A stretch of 56,095 nucleotides of DNA from an uncultured virus (IMG/VR IMGVR_UViG_3300043256_000464) (taxonomy: Duplodnaviria; Heunggongvirae; Uroviricota; Caudoviricetes), in IMG/VR virus record IMGVR_UViG_3300043256_000464. The stretch is one strand, 5' to 3'. Position numbers and translations under genes: made by a program. The notes beneath the pieces are model-generated. The model was not told the origin of the DNA. It saw only the letters and a list, made by a program, of their open reading frames with translations, and ran no database searches. Below, one piece after another: positions 8,897-18,263 of this stretch. The first letter of the stretch is position 1. Every line of letters begins with the position of its first letter.

Positions 8897-9115
8897 ATGG
8901 CAAAAGAAACGGATCATAATTTCAATCGGATAGACAGTGAGCTGCGGCAAATCGAAGAATATATTGTGACCATCGGGCCCAAGGCCAAGATGCTTGATCT
9001 GCTAATAGCGGCGGATGAACAAGCGTTTATTGAACTGACCATAAAGATTGACGAGCATCCTGATGGTTATGATGGTCCTTGTTTGTGTGCGCTTTGCAGA
9101 AGCTATGGAGAGTAA
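8897..9115 (+). CDS. Hypothetical protein
   Basis: GAGG RBS; HP.GYDGPC.C..C. Confidence 0.55.
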   Translation: MAKETDHNFNRIDSELRQIEEYIVTIGPKAKMLDLLIAADEQAFIELTIKIDEHPDGYDGPCLCALCRSYGE

Positions 9116-9119
9116 CAGG

Positions 9120-9431
9120 ATGATTGAGACACGGGAGCAATATGAGGCTTTGCGCCGAGTGCTTGGAGCGCCATTTCCTACAGACATTCAGGAAGAAGAA
9201 AGCGTTGCCATTTTTGAAACCCTTGAAGCCCTGCGGGAAGCGGCGAGACCAACACAGATGTTTGGAGGATTCGCCGTTCCCACTATGTTGAAGGTTATAG
9301 CCGATGCTTATGAATCTTCTGATGAAGATGGCATTGTCAAAGAGGCGCGCATCCGATGGCTCAGAGACTTGGCTAATAAGTTTGCGAAGATCGAACTCCC
9401 CGCGTGGCTCACGGAGGTCAACAATGATTGA
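9120..9431 (+). CDS. Hypothetical protein
   Basis: GGAG RBS before ATG 9120. Confidence 0.55.
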   Translation: MIETREQYEALRRVLGAPFPTDIQEEESVAIFETLEALREAARPTQMFGGFAVPTMLKVIADAYESSDEDGIVKEARIRWLRDLANKFAKIELPAWLTEVNND

Positions 9432-9720
9432 GGAACGCATAACCACACGATGCCCATCTTGCGGAGGCAGAACACTGTTTATTGGTAGCGGAGGTCATCT
9501 GACCTGTAGTTTTATTGATTGTCCTGAGCCGTTCGTGAGAGCCGCCATAGAAGCCCTGCAAGAAGTGGCGACGGTAGCAAAGAAATACCAGCAAGAAAAA
9601 CAGAAGTTCCTATCAGGCCAGTCCTATAACGAAGAAGGAACCGACTTAAAGGCGGCTCTTGCCAAACTCCCCGATGGCTCACAGAGAAGCAGCAAAGATG
9701 AAAAAGCTGAATCAGGATAA
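9424..9720 (+). CDS. Hypothetical Zn-ribbon protein
   Basis: GGAGG RBS; CPSCG..TLFI..GG.LTCS..DC. Confidence 0.55.
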   Translation: MIEERITTRCPSCGGRTLFIGSGGHLTCSFIDCPEPFVRAAIEALQEVATVAKKYQQEKQKFLSGQSYNEEGTDLKAALAKLPDGSQRSSKDEKAESG

Positions 9721-9875
9721 AATACTTGCCATCATCCGTTGGATCGAATCGATGCCATGGGGAAAGCAAGTAATCAGGACAATTATCGCGAGAGGGTAGG
9801 TCCTCCACTTTCTGTATCGCGGGATCAATACAGAGAGGGGCGGATCTACTCAAATTGGAGAGGAATGTCCGTCCT

Positions 9876-9970
9876 GGGGTCGCTATTTCCTTCCGATCCA
9901 GGTGTGGCTCTTGGCAGGGACGCACCAATCTAGAGACTCGAGAAGTCGATATAGGGGAGGTAGCGGCCCC
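9876..9970 (+). ncRNA. Putative structured RNA element
   Basis: 17-bp closing stem with G.U pairs on + strand and two internal hairpins. Confidence 0.35.
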
Positions 9971-10128
9971 GAATTTTAAAATCAATCCAGCTAGTGAAAT
10001 CGGAGCGGGGGGGGTCGGGCGTGGGCCGAGTGAGGGAAGGGGAAGGCGGGGAAAGAAATTAAAACCAAATGGGATACTCTGGCGCAGAGGGGAAGATCCG
10101 TTAGTGACTATGCGCATTGATCTTTGAC

Positions 10129-10380
10129 ATGAAACTAATCTATTGTCCGGCATGTAGGGATATGCGGAAGATCCAGCACGCGCGCACAGAATGCTCGTGC
10201 GGAGCTTCTTGGGGTCAGTACAAGATGGATGGCCTGCATGCCGTCATTGGAGGTAAAGCTATTCCCATCGCTATAGCAAATCCAGACATCGAGGAAGCTT
10301 TGGAGCGCGAGGACCATAATGCTTTGCGCTGCTGGGTGATGCGCAACGCGCCACATATAGAAAGGGAAGAAACGAAATGA
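10129..10380 (+). CDS. Hypothetical Cys-containing protein
   Basis: MKLIYCPAC...CSCG. Confidence 0.6.
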   Translation: MKLIYCPACRDMRKIQHARTECSCGASWGQYKMDGLHAVIGGKAIPIAIANPDIEEALEREDHNALRCWVMRNAPHIEREETK

Positions 10381-10619
10381 GTGCAATCAATAAACAGAAA
10401 AAACTTGAAGAGTTCGGCCTAACAGAATGTCCAAAGTGTGGAGAGACCGACTTTTCTGAAACCTTCCATGCTGACTGGGCTGACATTGGTTGGTCAGGAG
10501 ACTTTGAATATGGCACCGCATTGATGTGTGGCCCGAAATGGCTAAAAGGCCAAGAGCATATTCATCGGAAATGCCGAAATTGTGGATATTCACAACTGGA
10601 GAAACCCGCAGATGGATAG
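10377..10619 (+). CDS. Small Zn-ribbon protein
   Basis: CPKC...CRNC; ATGA overlap. Confidence 0.6.
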   Translation: MSAINKQKKLEEFGLTECPKCGETDFSETFHADWADIGWSGDFEYGTALMCGPKWLKGQEHIHRKCRNCGYSQLEKPADG

Positions 10620-11841
10620 CAATACTACTGCGATTAAAATGTTGCACTTCGCAGATGTCCATATCGGCATGGAGAACTATGGCAATATCGATCCGCTAAC
10701 AGGAACCTCGACCAGGGTAGCTGATTTCCTGAATCGGTTGGATGAAGTGATCGACTACGCTATTGAAAACAATGCTGATTTAACTGTCTTTGCCGGAGAT
10801 GCCTTCAAGGATCGAGATCCCGAAATAACACAACAAAGAGAATTCGCTTCTAGGATCAAGCGACTGGCAGCACATTGCCCAACGTTGCTTTTGGTAGGGA
10901 ATCACGACATGCCCGGCCTGGCAGCGAAAGCCAACTCAATGGACATATTCACAGCGCTCGATGTAAACAATGTGATCGTTGGCAATAACCCCGAAGGACG
11001 CGTGATCGAAACCAAGAACGGACCCATCTACTTAGCATGGCTTCCATACCCCATGCGAAACAGGGCGCTGACACCCAAGGAAAGACACGGAAAATCAATC
11101 GACGAAATTGACGTATTGCTGCAACGGGCAATCGTAGAAATTCTCGAACGACTCGCATCAGATGCGTCTAAACACGATATGCCGCGGGTACTATCAGCAC
11201 ATCTTTCCGTGCTAGGCGCTGAATTTGGATCAGAACGATTGGTCATGCTGGGACACGATGCTACTGCACCACTGAAATCCATCTGTGATCCAGTATGGGA
11301 TTATGTCGCTCTGGGACATATCCACAAGCATCAGGTATTGAATGAAGATTCATCCCCCTTGGCAATCTACAGCGGTTCGCTTGAGAGGATCGACTTTGGC
11401 GAGAAGGATGATCCCAAGGGCTTTTGCTGGATCGAACTAGACGGCTCAGAGAATCCATGGCAATTCATCGAGGTAGACTCAAGAAAATTCCTCACGATTA
11501 CTGTCGATATCAAAGAAGGTGAAGACGCTACTTCGATGGTCCTAAACAAGATCGGCCAACTCGATATAGCAGAAAGGGTAGTTAAGTTGATCGTGAAGAT
11601 GTCCCCCAGCCAACAAGCGGACTTCCGAGACGCTGAAATTACGTCAGTGCTTTCAGAAGCATTTAACACAACCGTCGAACGCAGAGTGGAAAGCGAGATC
11701 AGGACCAGACTGGGAGACCTGGAACCAGAGCGACTGTCACCTATCGAGCTCTTGGGACATTATTTCCAATCGAAAGGCGAGCCGGATGAATCCACCAAAA
11801 TCCTGCTCGATAAAGCCAAAACCATAATGGACCTATCATGA
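10612..11841 (+). CDS. sbcD: SbcD/Mre11-family nuclease
   Basis: LHFADVHIG, FAGDAF, VGNHD, SAH, YVALGHIH, YSGSLERIDFGE. Confidence 0.93.
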   Translation: MDSNTTAIKMLHFADVHIGMENYGNIDPLTGTSTRVADFLNRLDEVIDYAIENNADLTVFAGDAFKDRDPEITQQREFASRIKRLAAHCPTLLLVGNHDMPGLAAKANSMDIFTALDVNNVIVGNNPEGRVIETKNGPIYLAWLPYPMRNRALTPKERHGKSIDEIDVLLQRAIVEILERLASDASKHDMPRVLSAHLSVLGAEFGSERLVMLGHDATAPLKSICDPVWDYVALGHIHKHQVLNEDSSPLAIYSGSLERIDFGEKDDPKGFCWIELDGSENPWQFIEVDSRKFLTITVDIKEGEDATSMVLNKIGQLDIAERVVKLIVKMSPSQQADFRDAEITSVLSEAFNTTVERRVESEIRTRLGDLEPERLSPIELLGHYFQSKGEPDESTKILLDKAKTIMDLS

Positions 11842-13919
11842 TAATCAAACAGATCGACATGACCAATTTCCTTGCCTACAAAGATCCTGGTCCGCTATCG
11901 CTAGAGGGAATGCATATAGCGTGTTTGACTGGAGACAATGGGGCAGGAAAATCGTCTATTTTGGACGCGGTAACTTGGGCGATTTGGAATAAGGCACGCG
12001 GGAGTTCCGTTGACGATCTGGTGCGCTCGGGCGAAGACGAGATGAATGTTTCGGTAGTTTTTGAGCAAACCGAGAAAATCTACCGCGTGACAAGACAAAG
12101 AAAGATTTCAGGACGCGGGACATCGGGCCTGTCACTTGAGGTGAAGCTTGAAGATGACTGGGTAAATGCAACCGAAGCAACCATACGCGATACCCAATCC
12201 AAGATCGAAAGAATCCTGCGGTTGGACTACAACACTTTTGTCAATTCAGCTTACATCGCTCAAGGAAAAGCTGACGAATTCACCAACAAGACTCCTGCGC
12301 AAAGAAAAGAAATCCTTTCGGAAATCCTAGGACTCTTTATCTGGAAGCAGTTCGAGGACAAGGCCAAGGAACTCGAGAAGAACGTTTTAGACAAGGGCAG
12401 ATCAATTGAATCGAACTTAAGCGAGATTGAGCCAGAGCTTTCGAAACGAGATTCGTACAAAACTAATTTGGAAAGCGCCCAGGAGGATGCCAAGCAAGCT
12501 GCGATCGCTTTAGAAGAACTAGAGGCACAGTGGCAATCAGTCGAAGCAGCACGTGCCGAGATTAAGTCAACAAAGGAACTCATACGAGGTTCTGAAAAGA
12601 ATCTTATTTCGGCCCAGCGCGAGCTGAAAGATGCAGAGCAAGAATTGAAACGGTTGCAAGGCTTGATGGATACCGAAACCATCAAATCGGAGCTGGAGAG
12701 CGTTCGAGGACAGATGACTGAATATGAAGAGGTCGAAGCCAATCTGTTGGTGCTGGAAACACATATCAAAACGGTTCAACTTGATATAGCTGAATTCAAT
12801 GCAAACAAAAATTCAGTCAAACAGAGAGCCGAAGAACTCAAACAGAAGCTAGCCAAGGTGGAAAACCTAGCTGCAGAGTGTCCTGTATGTGGACAAGAAC
12901 TATCCGAGGATCACAAGACAAAGGTGGTCTCTGAGTTCAATTCACGGATAGAACAGCTCAGATCAGAGTATCGTTCTTTTCAAGACGGCGCTCAAAACAA
13001 ATCTGATGAATTAAAGCCACTTAATGATGAGGCCAAAGAAGTCCGCGCGACACTGGCAGAACGCGAACAAGCCTCAAAAAGGATCGGCGTATTAGAGCAA
13101 AAACTTTCTCAGGCATCCGAGGCAGCCAAGGCAATTGAGAATATCGAATCAAAACAAGAACACTGGCAGACTGAGATAGGAACCGCGCAGTCTGAAACCG
13201 GTTCATCCAAAGAAAAGCTTGCTGAGCTCGAAAAAACTTTGGAATCAGATATCGACGAAAACCGTGTCAAAAGCGCGCGTTCTCTCAAGCAGTCAGCCGA
13301 TATTAGCCTAGGCGTAGCTAAAGAGAAAATGGACAACCTAACGAAGCTTGAGAAAAGATACGCTCAGCTCAAGATTGATTTTTCTGACTTGCAGACTGAA
13401 AGAGAGATCTATACAAAACTCAAAGAGGCGTTTGGAAAGAAAGGCGTTCCAGCAATGATCATAGAGACCGCCGTTCCCGAATTAGAGGAATCGGCCAATT
13501 CGCTACTATCGAAGATGACTGACGGACGCATGTCCATCGTCATAGAAACCCAAAAGGAAATCAAGTCAGGTGAACTGCGCGAGGCGCTTGATATAGTCAT
13601 CTCAGATCAGCTCGGACAACGGCCTTATGAGAATTATTCGGGCGGGGAGGCTTTTCGAATCAACTTCGCTATCCGGATAGCACTTTCCAAATTGCTCGCT
13701 CGTAGAGCGGGAGCACAATTGCGGAGCTTGTTCATTGATGAAGGGTTCGGTAGCCAGGATGCGCAAGGAAGGCAAAAGCTGGTTGCTGCCATCAATGACA
13801 TACAAAATGACTTTGACCTCATCTTGGTGATAACGCATATCGATGAGTTAAAAAACGCTTTTCCGGATCGCATCAATGTCACGAAGACTCCAAGTGGATC
13901 TGAATTCCTGCTCAGCTAA
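11838..13919 (+). CDS. sbcC: SbcC/Rad50-family SMC ATPase
   Basis: GDNGAGKS, coiled coils with CPVC hook, YSGGE, FIDEGFG, VITH. Confidence 0.93.
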   Translation: MIIKQIDMTNFLAYKDPGPLSLEGMHIACLTGDNGAGKSSILDAVTWAIWNKARGSSVDDLVRSGEDEMNVSVVFEQTEKIYRVTRQRKISGRGTSGLSLEVKLEDDWVNATEATIRDTQSKIERILRLDYNTFVNSAYIAQGKADEFTNKTPAQRKEILSEILGLFIWKQFEDKAKELEKNVLDKGRSIESNLSEIEPELSKRDSYKTNLESAQEDAKQAAIALEELEAQWQSVEAARAEIKSTKELIRGSEKNLISAQRELKDAEQELKRLQGLMDTETIKSELESVRGQMTEYEEVEANLLVLETHIKTVQLDIAEFNANKNSVKQRAEELKQKLAKVENLAAECPVCGQELSEDHKTKVVSEFNSRIEQLRSEYRSFQDGAQNKSDELKPLNDEAKEVRATLAEREQASKRIGVLEQKLSQASEAAKAIENIESKQEHWQTEIGTAQSETGSSKEKLAELEKTLESDIDENRVKSARSLKQSADISLGVAKEKMDNLTKLEKRYAQLKIDFSDLQTEREIYTKLKEAFGKKGVPAMIIETAVPELEESANSLLSKMTDGRMSIVIETQKEIKSGELREALDIVISDQLGQRPYENYSGGEAFRINFAIRIALSKLLARRAGAQLRSLFIDEGFGSQDAQGRQKLVAAINDIQNDFDLILVITHIDELKNAFPDRINVTKTPSGSEFLLS

Positions 13920-14155
13920 TGATCAGAGGTGCTGAAAACGGCGTAGCAATCACGCTTCTGCTATACTCAGGACAACCCGAGGGTGTTATCGTAGGCAAGC
14001 GCAAACTTGGGAGACACATTTATTACACCGCGGAAATCACTAATCCGAATGGCACTCATTTCTCGGTGGGCGACAAAACGAACTGCCGTCCACATTGGCT
14101 AAACAGGAGAAAACACAATGGCCAAAAACGAAGTAAATTGCTGGGCTTGTGGTAA
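13919..14155 (+). CDS. Hypothetical protein
   Basis: TAATG-coupled ORF. Confidence 0.4.
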   Translation: MIRGAENGVAITLLLYSGQPEGVIVGKRKLGRHIYYTAEITNPNGTHFSVGDKTNCRPHWLNRRKHNGQKRSKLLGLW

Positions 14156-14348
14156 TGTCGTAACCGATCTGCCCGAAGGCGCTAAAGTGCCCGATCCAGA
14201 ATATACGCTGCTGGATCTAATCTTTGATCAGACAACGGGAGTAACCATCGCAACATCTGAGGTGGTCATGGTCTACTGCCGAGCGTGCCCAGGCGGAAAG
14301 ATTCTCGATCAATACTACAAGAGAGCCAGGCGCAGAAAATCATCGTAA
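14118..14348 (+). CDS. Small Zn-binding protein
   Basis: AGGAG RBS; CWAC...CRAC. Confidence 0.55.
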   Translation: MAKNEVNCWACGNVVTDLPEGAKVPDPEYTLLDLIFDQTTGVTIATSEVVMVYCRACPGGKILDQYYKRARRRKSS

Positions 14349-14353
14349 TCCTA

Positions 14354-14382
14354 TTGACACCAAACTGATGCTTTGGTATCAT
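14354..14382 (+). promoter_or_regulatory. Sigma70-type promoter of a small RNA
   Basis: TTGACA-17-TATCAT containing the inverted repeat ACCAAA..TTTGGT. Confidence 0.65.
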
Positions 14383-14388
14383 CTTGCT

Positions 14389-14513
14389 TAATAGGCCATT
14401 CTTGAATTGCCTAGGCCAGGCAAGCCCAGCGAACTGCGCAAACGGGGTTAATGAGTGGCCGCAAAATATCGCCCGAGAGATCTTCAAATGAAATGAAGGT
14501 TTCTCAATTTTTT
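14389..14513 (+). ncRNA. Putative stand-alone small RNA
   Basis: GGCCATTC/GAGTGGCC closing stem, internal hairpins, then terminator hairpin 14475-14505 and T tract; no sense ORF. Confidence 0.5.
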
Positions 14514-14533
14514 AATTGACTATATTCCCCTAG

Positions 14534-14562
14534 TTGACAATTCATTCCGCATTCGGTATACT
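14534..14562 (+). promoter_or_regulatory. Repeated promoter/operator, copy 1
   Basis: TTGACA-attcattccgcattcgg-TATACT. Confidence 0.75.
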
Positions 14563-14575
14563 TTCCTGAACAGTC

Positions 14576-14959
14576 ATGTCAAGCGAGAAACGCATCTGCT
14601 GGATTTGTGGGCGGCCCTTTCAATCGAGAGCATCGGCCCCATTCATAAGCCATCTCAGAAAACATGTACGCGAGGGAGTTTTGGTTGAGAAGCCGAATTC
14701 GCCAATCAAATTCCAGCCAGCAGAATTCGCTTGGTGGGGATATGTGCTAAGAGCAGATGTGAAGCTAGTAGCAATCGCCTTGCGCAATGGCCCTCAGTCC
14801 GTCATGACATTCGACAGATTCAGAGTGGGAGGACCAACAGAACCAGGAGACGCTGTAGTGCTGGATTTCCGCAAGGTGAGAGGCGGATGGGGAAGAGGGG
14901 CGTGGTTTGCCAAGCCATTAGGCTACAAAGCTGAATGGGAAAGAATACCAACACGGTAG
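14576..14959 (+). CDS. Hypothetical protein with C2H2-like N-terminus
   Basis: CWIC...HLRKH. Confidence 0.6.
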   Translation: MSSEKRICWICGRPFQSRASAPFISHLRKHVREGVLVEKPNSPIKFQPAEFAWWGYVLRADVKLVAIALRNGPQSVMTFDRFRVGGPTEPGDAVVLDFRKVRGGWGRGAWFAKPLGYKAEWERIPTR

Positions 14960-14966
14960 GAATCAA

Positions 14967-15461
14967 ATGATTTTTCGAGACACATGGAAGCTCATACCTG
15001 AAGGAAAGAAAACCCAGACTCGAAGACCGGTAAAGCTGGGCGAGAGTTTGCATCCTGCCGATAAAATGAGCGGCCTCAAAAGCATTGATGAGCAGCCGTC
15101 TTGGGTATGGGATGCAAGGCGTCGAATGAAGTGGCAGGTAGGCCGCACCTATGCAGTCCAAACCGAACGTACAGGCAAAGGAATTTTTCGAATCAAGATC
15201 ACAGAAATACGTCAGGAGGCACTACAAAGTATCTCGGGGGAAGACGCTATCGCTGAGGGATTTAGCGGCAAACGTGAGGTATATACAGTCAGTCTTGCCG
15301 ACCTAAATACTGGCATGAGCGTCAAGCAAAGAAAGCATCAATACGCCATCGATGCCTTTCAAGCAGCCTGGGAAAAGCTCTATCCGTATGGAATATCCCA
15401 GTGGTCGAAAAACCCCCAGGTATGGTGTTTGACTTTCGAGCCAGTCATTGAAAAACAATGA
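14967..15461 (+). CDS. ASCH/PUA-like domain protein
   Basis: IPEGKKTQTRR, LQSISGEDAIAEGF, F...W..LY...W..NPQVW...F. Confidence 0.8.
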   Translation: MIFRDTWKLIPEGKKTQTRRPVKLGESLHPADKMSGLKSIDEQPSWVWDARRRMKWQVGRTYAVQTERTGKGIFRIKITEIRQEALQSISGEDAIAEGFSGKREVYTVSLADLNTGMSVKQRKHQYAIDAFQAAWEKLYPYGISQWSKNPQVWCLTFEPVIEKQ

Positions 15462-15640
15462 AATTCAGTCCGGACAAACCCGCATCAATTCCCGTAAGCA
15501 TCGAAGATCTTTGGCGTGCCCATATGCGCGAAACTTTCAACCGATCCGGGGGAGAGAAGGGCGCATGGTTGCGACACTCCGATGGCATACAGGTCCCCGA
15601 ATGGTTCAAAGAAAACATCGAAAAGCTTAGATTAAGCTGA
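15458..15640 (+). CDS. Hypothetical protein
   Basis: ATGA-coupled ORF. Confidence 0.45.
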   Translation: MKFSPDKPASIPVSIEDLWRAHMRETFNRSGGEKGAWLRHSDGIQVPEWFKENIEKLRLS

Positions 15641-15644
15641 CACC

Positions 15645-15686
15645 AAGAAGCCCCACGCCAGAAAGTCAGGCTGGGGCATTTCTTTT
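15645..15686 (+). terminator. Rho-independent terminator
   Basis: GCCCCA(C)GCC..GGCTGGGGC hairpin then TTTCTTTT. Confidence 0.6.
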
Positions 15687-15688
15687 GC

Positions 15689-15717
15689 TTGACTAATCAT
15701 ACCGCATGCGGTATACT
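15689..15717 (+). promoter_or_regulatory. Repeated promoter/operator, copy 2
   Basis: TTGACT-aatcataccgcatgcgg-TATACT; perfect palindrome ATACCGCATGCGGTAT. Confidence 0.8.
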
Positions 15718-15743
15718 TTATATCAAATCAACCCCCAGGAGAC

Positions 15744-15965
15744 GTGATGGAACCCAAAATGGCACATCTAGTTGATAGTCACGGAAACATCGAAGAACGA
15801 AGAGAGATGCTACCTGATGAGATCAAAGAATTGAACAGTAGATTGAGCCATAAAATCACTTCCCTAAGATGGGAATGGGCGGAAGAGGATTTGGTAGATG
15901 ATCCCGCCTGGAGTGACGGCGAACTTGAACTTGGTCGGGAAGAGGAAGCTGGAGAGGAAGACTAA
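15744..15965 (+). CDS. Hypothetical acidic protein
   Basis: AGGAG RBS after promoter. Confidence 0.55.
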   Translation: MMEPKMAHLVDSHGNIEERREMLPDEIKELNSRLSHKITSLRWEWAEEDLVDDPAWSDGELELGREEEAGEED

Positions 15966-16387
15966 TGGAAATACCCATACAAACAAAAAATACGTTTGAG
16001 AAAATGTCTAAGCTGTCTGAATTGGCAGACCATCCAGAGACATGCGGAATTAAATTTGTTCAGCAATGCCATCCCGAAGCTGGACACTTTATTGAAGCAA
16101 TAAAGCTGGACAACCAGCAAATTGGCTTTATAAGTAGCTGTTATGAATGCGATCTCCCGCATGACATATTCTTAGTAGACGCTGACTTAGAGAACATGCA
16201 AAAACTCTTTGAACCGTTTCCGTATAGTATTCACCTCAATCATCCATGGGAAAATCTGGAGTTCGGATGGCCAGAACTGGACCCCGAGATCATGCGTTTC
16301 TCGCTTACGTTGGCCGATCTTCCAGACGGCGAAAAAATAGGAATCGAAAACGTTGACCGAGTTGAGATAGTCCACTTTAAAGGATGA
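15965..16387 (+). CDS. Hypothetical protein
   Basis: TAATG coupling. Confidence 0.55.
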   Translation: MEIPIQTKNTFEKMSKLSELADHPETCGIKFVQQCHPEAGHFIEAIKLDNQQIGFISSCYECDLPHDIFLVDADLENMQKLFEPFPYSIHLNHPWENLEFGWPELDPEIMRFSLTLADLPDGEKIGIENVDRVEIVHFKG

Positions 16388-16393
16388 GTTTCT

Positions 16394-16576
16394 ATGAAAA
16401 GATGGAAAGTGATTTATCGCAAGCGTGGCCGCGACACAAGCGGGTCCGGACTGCTAAAAGACGAATTCGAGCTGCCCTCGATGACCATCGACGCTGAAAA
16501 CAAGTGGGCGGCAATCGATCAAGCCCTAAGAGACAATAGTGTCGCTTGGGTCGTCGCCGTAGAAGAATCAAAATGA
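16394..16576 (+). CDS. Hypothetical protein
   Basis: Short ORF with stop overlapping the next ATG. Confidence 0.5.
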   Translation: MKRWKVIYRKRGRDTSGSGLLKDEFELPSMTIDAENKWAAIDQALRDNSVAWVVAVEESK

Positions 16577-17457
16577 GCAATGGTCTAGGATTTGACTTCG
16601 AGGTTTTATGGACAATCGGCCTAGCTGTTTTGCGCGGATTGAATCCCTACAGCATTCAAGGATCGCTTTATCCACCCGCGGCCAGCTTGACCTTCGCGCT
16701 CTTTGCGCTTATTCCACTAAAGATTTCCTATGTCGTTGTTATGACTACTGGCATCGTCGCGCTGGTCTTAATGACCAAACACAAAGCATTGAATTGGCTA
16801 ATTTTTTCCCCGATCATTCTTATCGTTGAAGCCGGACAAATAGACTTGCTTTTCCTTATTCCTATTATGCTCCTGAGTTCCAAGCAAAGATGGATCTCGG
16901 GGCTTGCAATAGCGATACTCCTGTTCAAACCCCAGATTGCTTTTGTCGCTGTCCCTTGGTATTTGATCCAATGGCTTTTTAAGGACCGTAGGCGTCTTTT
17001 GTGGGCCTTGGGCATCATCATGGTTCTGCATTCCGCTCCGTTGCTCTACAACCCTGCAATTTACGGACAGTGGCTAACAGCCATCGTCACTGGCGGAGGC
17101 CATAAAGTCGGAGGCATAGGTGTGTGGTTGCTGCGCGACTATCTTGGATTTTGGATCGCCGCTTTAGGCTACGTCTTAATAACCCTAGCAGGTCTTGCTC
17201 TGGATGAAAAAACATGCCGACTCATCCTCACATTTGCCAATCCTACAATGTGGCATTATGACACCGTTGTATTAATTGAAACAGCCCCCTGGTGGGTACT
17301 CGGACCCGCCAGTATCGTTGCTCTTATAGCTGGCAATCTAATTGGCCATCCCGTGACTTTCCTCCTCATTCCAGTAGCAGGATTAATTTATCGAACCGCG
17401 CGCCATTTAGCGATCCCTTCATGGACTAGGCTGAAATTAAGGGAGCAGGTAGGATGA
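16573..17457 (+). CDS. Polytopic membrane glycosyltransferase (GT87/DUF2029-like)
   Basis: GLNPY...LYPPA...F..FAL, GQID, FKPQ, HYD; many TM segments. Confidence 0.7.
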   Translation: MSNGLGFDFEVLWTIGLAVLRGLNPYSIQGSLYPPAASLTFALFALIPLKISYVVVMTTGIVALVLMTKHKALNWLIFSPIILIVEAGQIDLLFLIPIMLLSSKQRWISGLAIAILLFKPQIAFVAVPWYLIQWLFKDRRRLLWALGIIMVLHSAPLLYNPAIYGQWLTAIVTGGGHKVGGIGVWLLRDYLGFWIAALGYVLITLAGLALDEKTCRLILTFANPTMWHYDTVVLIETAPWWVLGPASIVALIAGNLIGHPVTFLLIPVAGLIYRTARHLAIPSWTRLKLREQVG

Positions 17458-17687
17458 AGCATCCACCAAACCATCCAAGAGGTAAGCCGTTTGATCCCGG
17501 AAGATGTCAAGAGTCAGTGCTTTGGGGCGATGCAGGCATGCACTTTCATCAATGTCAGCGTAAACCACAAAATGGAAGTGACTATTGTTGGCAACACCAA
17601 CCGGAGCGCATGGAGGCACGGCGGCAAGCACTCAAAAAGCGCATCGAGCAAAAGATAAGACTCGCGGAGGCTGACAATGAAACTTAG
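17454..17687 (+). CDS. Hypothetical protein (C3H)
   Basis: RC...QC.RK.....YCWQH. Confidence 0.55.
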   Translation: MKHPPNHPRGKPFDPGRCQESVLWGDAGMHFHQCQRKPQNGSDYCWQHQPERMEARRQALKKRIEQKIRLAEADNET

Positions 17688-17904
17688 ACGAAACAAAAAC
17701 GGCGGATTATATGTGCCAGTTGGGAAGATTGGCATCTTGTCAAAGCTCCCAGGATATCAAACGAGAGATGTTTCTATAACAGATCCGCCCGTATGTAAGT
17801 GGATCAAAGAGAGACTTTCTCCAAGCGGTAGCCCTAATAGCTACCATGACAAACACACGAAAACATCAGGGTATTGTTTTGTCCTTAAGCCGAGCACTTC
17901 CTGA
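17677..17904 (+). CDS. Hypothetical protein
   Basis: GGAGG RBS. Confidence 0.5.
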   Translation: MKLRRNKNGGLYVPVGKIGILSKLPGYQTRDVSITDPPVCKWIKERLSPSGSPNSYHDKHTKTSGYCFVLKPSTS

Positions 17905-17933
17905 TTGACTAATCATACCGCATCCGGTATAAT
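17905..17933 (+). promoter_or_regulatory. Repeated promoter/operator, copy 3
   Basis: TTGACT-aatcataccgcatccgg-TATAAT. Confidence 0.8.
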
Positions 17934-17940
17934 TTATATT

Positions 17941-18165
17941 ATGGACGCGAAAATCTTGATGGATTTCCAGACTATGAAAACTCAAGTAAATGAACACACG
18001 ATATTTACCTATTTCCATAAGAGCAAGAAGCGATGGGAAACCATAATCAAAAGAGGGGCTGTTATATCAACAGTGCGATTTTTCAATTATGGTGAATGGG
18101 CTGCCGCTAAACAGCACGAAATGGCTGTCTGGGAAGTAAAGAACGGCTATTGGAAGGACATGTAA
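17941..18165 (+). CDS. Hypothetical protein (probably leaderless)
   Basis: ATG 7 nt after the -10 box. Confidence 0.55.
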   Translation: MDAKILMDFQTMKTQVNEHTIFTYFHKSKKRWETIIKRGAVISTVRFFNYGEWAAAKQHEMAVWEVKNGYWKDM

Positions 18166-18263
18166 ATGAAAGACATCAAGGATGTCCACCGAATGACTGG
18201 AAAAGAAATTGCACGTATGACCGAAGAAGAACTTGAAGTTAACCTAAATAAAAGAGGAGAACC

